Origin: Acidobacteriota bacterium | GTDB lineage: Bacteria; Acidobacteriota; Terriglobia; Acidiferrales; UBA7541 | DNA: 64,000 bases | Assembly: GCA_003223255.1 (NCBI GenBank) | Contig: QHYJ01000144.1 | Location: 21,887 to 85,886, forward strand | Reading direction: 5' to 3' | Shown: positions 59,577 through 64,000 of the stretch, one piece after another | Numbering within the stretch: position 1 is the first letter of the stretch | Layout: each line of letters starts with the position of its first letter | Notes under the pieces: model-generated | Told to the model about the DNA's origin: nothing | The model's database searches: none | Seen by the model: only the letters and a program-made list of their open reading frames with translations | Position numbers and translations under genes: made by a program

Positions 59577-60088
59577 TCAACGTCTAGGTGGTTCTGCTTT
59601 CCAGCGCTGCCAAACCAGCACGGTCGCCACCAATGCACCACCTCTCGGAATGGGCGGAGCGCGCAGAATCAGTTGGTCTCCCTCTAATTTTACAATCGTG
59701 CGAACCAGATCTGTGCCAACGCGGTTTGCACTGAGCTAATTTGCACGTGATGCGTCACCGGGTTGCCCTCGAGCGTGAAAGTTCCGGCATACGCGGCGAA
59801 GGTGGCGAAAGCTTCGGCCCGTTCCTCCACAGGGGCCGCGACGTAGTCGATAGTCGAAAGGGGCCTGCGTCTTGCGTTGGAGATGATCGCCATCATTCTC
59901 CCGTCGGCGCTGTAGGTCAGAAAGCCAGTAGGGTTTGGTCCGAATGTATCTCCAGTTACGCCCTTCTCCGTGCTTTCCGTTGCGGAGACTGGTTTCCAAG
60001 TACCGACAAGAGCGCGCTTCGATTGCGCCCTCGTGCTTGCAGGAAAAACAAGGATTGCGATGGCTGCAGCCGGAATTCACTTCTTCAC
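59577..60088 (-). pseudogene. lipocalin-like-domain protein with TGA at codon 4 and a 3' frameshift
   Basis: GTG 60088: VKK-TGA(60079-60077)-IPAAAIAILVFPASTRAQS KRALVGTWKPVSATESTEKG...GFLTYSADGRMMAIIS...YAGTFTLEGNPVTHHVQISS. After a shift at ~59735 it continues ANRVGTDLVRTIVKLEGDQLILRAPP...* (stop at 59577). Confidence 0.6.
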
Positions 60089-60161
60089 CAAGCCCTCCTT
60101 CAAAAAAAACCAAAGCACCACTCGGAAGCCCTGCCTACGGAAGGCAGCGACCGCTCGAGCT

Positions 60162-61124
60162 TCAAGGAAACTTTTTCTCAAACTTCGGCAATGTGGCAGC
60201 AAGAACTTCTCCGACGATGGTTAGGCTTTGGGGATCGATTTTGTCGAGCGTGTCTTGCGTCGTGTGCCAATAAGGAATGGAGAAGTCGATGAGGTCGCAA
60301 CCGGCCACGCCGCGGCGGATGAACGAAAAATGGTCGTCGCCGCCGACGGTATAGTCCTTTTTGATGAACGTATGCTGGTAGCCGAGTTGAGCGGCGGTCT
60401 CCCAAATGAAATCCGTAAGCCAGCGAGTGGAGCCGGTGTCCCGAGTGATTTTTGCGTTTTTAGGGCCAATCATGTCGGCCAGGATCATGGCTTTCACACG
60501 CTTCAGTTCGCCGGCAAGCGCCATTCGTGCGGCCATTTCGCGGCTGCCGAACGTGTTGTTGCTGCCATCGTCGTTCCAACGAACGCTGGCGCCATCAGTC
60601 CAATTACCTTGCGCCTCTTCCCCGTCGAAGAAAGCAATCCACACGTTGAGCGCATTCTTTCGCGCGCAGAAAAGGCGCGCCAACTCGATCATGGTTCCCG
60701 TGCCGGAACCGCCATCGTCCGCGCCCACAAAGTTGGGGATTCTCACGGTGTCGTAATGGGTGGTGTACAGAACGACGCCGGTGCTAGTGCCGTGAAGTTT
60801 GACGACAATATTTTTCATTGCAAGATGGCCAAGAACCGTGGAAGCGTGAAAGTCATGCTCCTCGACCGGGCATCCGTAACTTTTCAGCTGGCCGATGATG
60901 TAAGCTTGCGCGCGATGAATGCCATCTGAGTCCGGGGGCCGCGGTCCAATCTCCACCAAATGACGAACGTGCTCATACGCTCGGTTGCCGTCGAACCTGG
61001 CAGTCGTTTCGGAAGCGCTGGGCAACCGGCGAGCGGCCGCAACAGGAAGCCAGCAAAGCGAAACCAGCGCCACCGCGACGCGCCGCGCAATCCGTTCCGG
61101 TTTTTGTTCTTCGGTTAGTGGCAT
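60162..61124 (-). CDS. M28-family metallopeptidase whose first ~15-20 codons derive from a scoB 5' end
   Basis: RAYEHVRHLVEIGPRPPDS, GADDGGSGTGTMIELAR, FFDGEE, and GDDHFSF are M28 metal ligands. The N-terminus [15 protein letters not shown] is near-identical to sco[16 protein letters not shown]. Confidence 0.8.
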   Translation of the reverse strand: MPLTEEQKPERIARRVAVALVSLCWLPVAAARRLPSASETTARFDGNRAYEHVRHLVEIGPRPPDSDGIHRAQAYIIGQLKSYGCPVEEHDFHASTVLGHLAMKNIVVKLHGTSTGVVLYTTHYDTVRIPNFVGADDGGSGTGTMIELARLFCARKNALNVWIAFFDGEEAQGNWTDGASVRWNDDGSNNTFGSREMAARMALAGELKRVKAMILADMIGPKNAKITRDTGSTRWLTDFIWETAAQLGYQHTFIKKDYTVGGDDHFSFIRRGVAGCDLIDFSIPYWHTTQDTLDKIDPQSLTIVGEVLAATLPKFEKKFP

Positions 61125-61268
61125 GAATTCAGTTCATAGTCGACCGTCTAAAGTCGAAAAGCATAACTTATGTTTCGGAACCAGCCATAAGCTGCCAAGG
61201 ATACTCGATAACATACAGTCGGAGTGCCTCCTTGATCCAAGCTTGAACTGTCGTCTAAGCGGACTCGT

Positions 61269-61964
61269 TCATGGTTTTCTTACCGTGCGGCGCTCGATGC
61301 GCTTTTCGTATTTCGGGCCCTGGAAAATCGCGTCCACGAAAATTCCCGGCGTGTGCACCTGGTCCGGCGGAAGCTTGCCGACTTCGACCAGCTCTTCGAC
61401 TTCGGCGATGACATAATCGGCGGCAGTAGCCATCATGGGATTGAAATTGCGCGCGGTCTTGCGATAGATGAGGTTGCCCCAGCGGTCGCCTCTCCACGCT
61501 TTGATAAACGCGAAATCGCCGCGCAAGCCGCGCTCCATCACGTACATGCGGCCGTCGAACTCGCGCGTCTCTTTGCCCTCCGCGACCATCGTGCCATAGC
61601 CGGTAGGCGTGTAGAAGGCGGGAATGCCCGCGCCTCCCGCACGCAGGCGTTCGCTGAGCGTGCCCTGCGGATTCAGCTCGACTTGCAACTCCCCGCTCAG
61701 GACGAGTTGCTCGAAGAGCTTGTTCTCGCCCACGTAGGTGGAGATCATCTTCTTGACCTGGCGCTGCTGCAGGAGCAAGCCGATGCCGAAGTCATCCACG
61801 CCGGCGTTGTTGCTGACGACGGTGAGGTTCTTCGTGCCTTTGCGGCGGACAGCAGCGACGAGGTTTTCCGGGATGCCGCAGAGTCCGAAGCCGCCCATAA
61901 GAATGGTGGCGCCGTCGCTGAGCTTGGCGATGGCGGCGTCGGCGGATGCAATGCGTTTGTCCAT
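61269..61964 (-). CDS. scoA: 3-oxoacid CoA-transferase subunit A
   Basis: 231 aa: [19 protein letters not shown], and [16 protein letters not shown]. Confidence 0.95.
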   Translation of the reverse strand: MDKRIASADAAIAKLSDGATILMGGFGLCGIPENLVAAVRRKGTKNLTVVSNNAGVDDFGIGLLLQQRQVKKMISTYVGENKLFEQLVLSGELQVELNPQGTLSERLRAGGAGIPAFYTPTGYGTMVAEGKETREFDGRMYVMERGLRGDFAFIKAWRGDRWGNLIYRKTARNFNPMMATAADYVIAEVEELVEVGKLPPDQVHTPGIFVDAIFQGPKYEKRIERRTVRKP

Positions 61965-62147
61965 GGGAAGTTTTCGGTCGTAAGTGGTAAGTGTTTAGTT
62001 TTGGAAATGAAAAAGCAAGGGCGGCCTTCACTGAGGACTATGGCCATAATGGCTGCGCCTACCGGGCCAAGGAGAACTACGAAGGCTTTGGCTGCTGGGC
62101 GATGGCCACGTCAGCCCGGCAGAATGTTTTAGGTATAATCTGTCGCC

Positions 62148-63665
62148 ATGAGCGAGAAGGCGGGGTGGTCGCGTAGAGATTTTATGAAAGTGGCGGCCGG
62201 CCTTGCCGGTGGCGTGATTGGCAAGGTGGAGGCGGGCATGAGTAGCTACGGGACAGCGGGCATACCTGGCACGAGTGATCCGACGAAACTAAGCCTCAGC
62301 GAAGCGTCGGACCTCGTGCATGGCAAGAAGATTTCCTCGGTGGCGCTGACGCAGGAATGTCTGAAGCGAATCGAGCGGCTCAACCCCAAGCTGAATGCGT
62401 TCATCACCGTGACGGCGGAGAGCGCGCTGGAGCAGGCCCGCGAGGCGGAAGCGGAGATTCAAAAAGGCCAATGGAAGGGTCCGCTGCACGGAATACCGAT
62501 TGCGCTAAAGGATCTGGTGGATACGGCGGGCGTGCGCACGACGGCGGGAAGCGAGCTCTTCCAAGATCGCGTCCCCAGCCAGGATGCGGAGATTGTCCGG
62601 CGCCTGAAAGCAGCGGGTGCGGTGCTGCTGGGCAAGCTGAACATGCACGAGTTTGCTTTTGGAGGAAGCTCAGTCATCAGCGCCTTCGGCCCTGTGAGGA
62701 ATCCCTGGGACGTCGAGTATTCGCCCGGAGGATCTTCCGGGGGATCCGCGGCGGCGGTGGCCGCAGGACTTTGTTTTGGGGCCATTGGGTCAGACACGGG
62801 AGGCTCCATCCGAGAGCCAGCGGGCTATTGCGGAATCGTGGGGCTCAAGCCGACGTACGGCCGCGTCAGCACGCGGGGAGTGATCCCGCTATCGTGGTCG
62901 CTCGACCATATCGGGCCGATGACGCGGACGGCACGCGATGCGGCCTTGATGCTGCAGGCGCTCGCGGGGTATGACGCGGAGGATGTGACGAGCGCCTACG
63001 CCGCGGTGCCCGATTATGCGGCAACCCTCGAGAAGAAGACGAGTTTTCGTCTGGGGATTCCGCGCGCAAACTTTTGGGAAGAACTGCATCCGGAAGTGCA
63101 GACGGCCATGACCGCGGCTCTTGGCGTCCTCGCAAAGCTCACGGCGAGCCAGCAAGACGTGAGAATCCCCACAGGGAGTGAATTTTCCGGAATGATTCTT
63201 GTGGCCGAGGCCTTCGCCTACCACGAAGAAAACGTAAAAGAGAATCCGAAGCTTTATCACCCGGAGACTTTAAGGAGAATTCGCTCGGGGGCGGAGGTGA
63301 GCGCGAGCGAGTACATTGCCGCGCGCCGCCAGCTCGAACAAATCCGGCGGGCAACGCCGAAAATTTTCGAAACCGTGGATATTCTGGTGACTCCGACTTT
63401 TCCTGTCCCGCCGCCGAAGATTTCCGAATTGCTCGGCGAACCGGACAAGCTGCGCGGCCGGGAGCTGCTGATGCTACGCAATACGCGGCCGCTCAACGTC
63501 CTGGGATTGCCCACGATTTCCATTCCTTGCGGCTTTACCAGCAATGGCCTGCCCATTGGCATGCAGCTTACGGGAGCGGTGGGAGGCGAAGCCGCCGTGC
63601 TCGGCCTGGCGCATTCCTACGAGCAGGCGGCGGAATGGCACAAGCGCATGCCGAGTGAGAGTTAA
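62148..63665 (+). CDS. amidase-signature enzyme with Tat signal peptide
   Basis: SRRDFMKVAAGLAGG twin-arginine motif and the GGSSGGSAAAVAAG amidase signature. Confidence 0.9.
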   Translation: MSEKAGWSRRDFMKVAAGLAGGVIGKVEAGMSSYGTAGIPGTSDPTKLSLSEASDLVHGKKISSVALTQECLKRIERLNPKLNAFITVTAESALEQAREAEAEIQKGQWKGPLHGIPIALKDLVDTAGVRTTAGSELFQDRVPSQDAEIVRRLKAAGAVLLGKLNMHEFAFGGSSVISAFGPVRNPWDVEYSPGGSSGGSAAAVAAGLCFGAIGSDTGGSIREPAGYCGIVGLKPTYGRVSTRGVIPLSWSLDHIGPMTRTARDAALMLQALAGYDAEDVTSAYAAVPDYAATLEKKTSFRLGIPRANFWEELHPEVQTAMTAALGVLAKLTASQQDVRIPTGSEFSGMILVAEAFAYHEENVKENPKLYHPETLRRIRSGAEVSASEYIAARRQLEQIRRATPKIFETVDILVTPTFPVPPPKISELLGEPDKLRGRELLMLRNTRPLNVLGLPTISIPCGFTSNGLPIGMQLTGAVGGEAAVLGLAHSYEQAAEWHKRMPSES

Positions 63666-63808
63666 GTCGCGGTTAGAGAGCAGCGCGGCGTAGCCGAGTT
63701 TGGATTTGCCGTGGCGGTGCTTGGCGGCGGCGAGCAGCTGGTCAAGGGTGCGGTCAAAATATTTTCCATGGAGCCAGAGGGCCTGGATTTGCGCGGTGTC
63801 GCAGGAGT

Positions 63809-64000
63809 CAGTGCGAGACCAAGACAGGTTCTTCGGAGGCGCTTTCTGGAACTGCGGGTTGCGCTGCGGGCCGGAGCAATTCAGGCACTTGGTCGCGAAC
63901 CGTAGGAGCAGTTTCTGCGGCTGGTTTGGTGTAGCGCAGGAGCAGAAGGAACGGCAGCATGAGGAGAAAGGCCACGCCCATGATCCAGAAGGCCTCGACA
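63809..64000 (-). CDS. possible 3' end of a membrane-protein gene entering from the right edge
   Basis: Hand translation of the minus strand from the window edge: VEAFWIMGVAFLLMLPFLLLLRYTKPAAET...VLVSH* (one TM segment). It is too short to assign. Confidence 0.25.

Noticed and set aside
41724-60079. Four in-frame stops (TAA 41724, TAA 44308, TAG 51242-51244, TGA 60077-60079), considered as evidence for stop-codon reassignment or selenocysteine.
   Set aside because: All three stop codons terminate clearly complete genes in the same window (for example TAA in thiF, argD and argJ; TGA in argC, argB, argF and argH). Three different codons are involved, and no SECIS-like context was seen.
61125-61268. 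GAATTC, GTCGAC and AAGCTT sites clustered in the scoA-peptidase spacer, considered as cloning-vector contamination.
   Set aside because: The sites are separated by unrelated sequence, not a polylinker. No vector backbone, primer sites or resistance markers are present. The spacer is homologous to the natural leader upstream of scoB.
1-64000. Search for CRISPR arrays, IS elements, integrases, prophage, toxin-antitoxin or known defence-system genes.
   Set aside because: No regularly spaced direct repeats were found. No transposase, recombinase, RT, nuclease or helicase families were recognised in any frame. The rearrangements seen carry no mobile-element genes.

Overview
GC-rich bacterial chromosomal window with about 60 genes. 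I found no rRNA, tRNA, CRISPR array, transposase, integrase or phage genes. Gene content (hopanoid hpnH, a CarboxypepD_reg-type fragment, GTCATTCCGAGCG-type short repeats) suggests an Acidobacteriota-like soil bacterium, but this is inference only.

Layout:
- Partial bamA-like gene and thiF (1-1923).
- Eight-gene arginine operon argR-C-B-D-F-G-H-J (2515-11125), with ATGA stop/start overlaps.
- Minus-strand GT4 / CelD-like acyltransferase / acyl-CoA ligase cluster (11132-15393).
- RRM protein, L13e-like protein, MBL hydrolase and lipA (15671-19300).
- cspA with a long leader and hpnH, plus a divergent tri-domain acyl-AMP ligase-carrier-PlsC acyltransferase (21379-26352).
- sucA (26478-29034).
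- phoB-phoR-phoU, then a TolC-like gene and a coiled-coil porin (29219-36337).
- PP2C-FHA-CHASE2 cyclase module (38964-42879).
- RND efflux operon (43315-49281).
- Decayed nirK-nnrS-ric-crp/fnr nitrite/NO cluster (51032-53369).
- Envelope and lipid housekeeping genes (53438-58744).
- scoA and scoB, separated by an inserted M28-peptidase/lipocalin segment (58777-61964).
- A Tat-signal amidase (62148-63665).

The most striking feature is how many genes are disabled, by frameshifts, four in-frame stops, short and long internal deletions, and one perfect 68-bp tandem duplication. These sit among intact neighbours. This could be real gene decay or an assembly/consensus artefact, and I cannot tell which from sequence alone.

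I did not find a clear-cut new multi-gene system such as a defence island. The best candidates for new biology are:
- the tri-domain lipid enzyme next to hpnH;
- the rearranged sco locus, where the peptidase has a scoB-derived N-terminus;
- the wHTH-less ArgR;
- the 539-bp structured non-coding region upstream of the PP2C gene.

All product calls rest on motif recognition by eye. Lesion coordinates are approximate.
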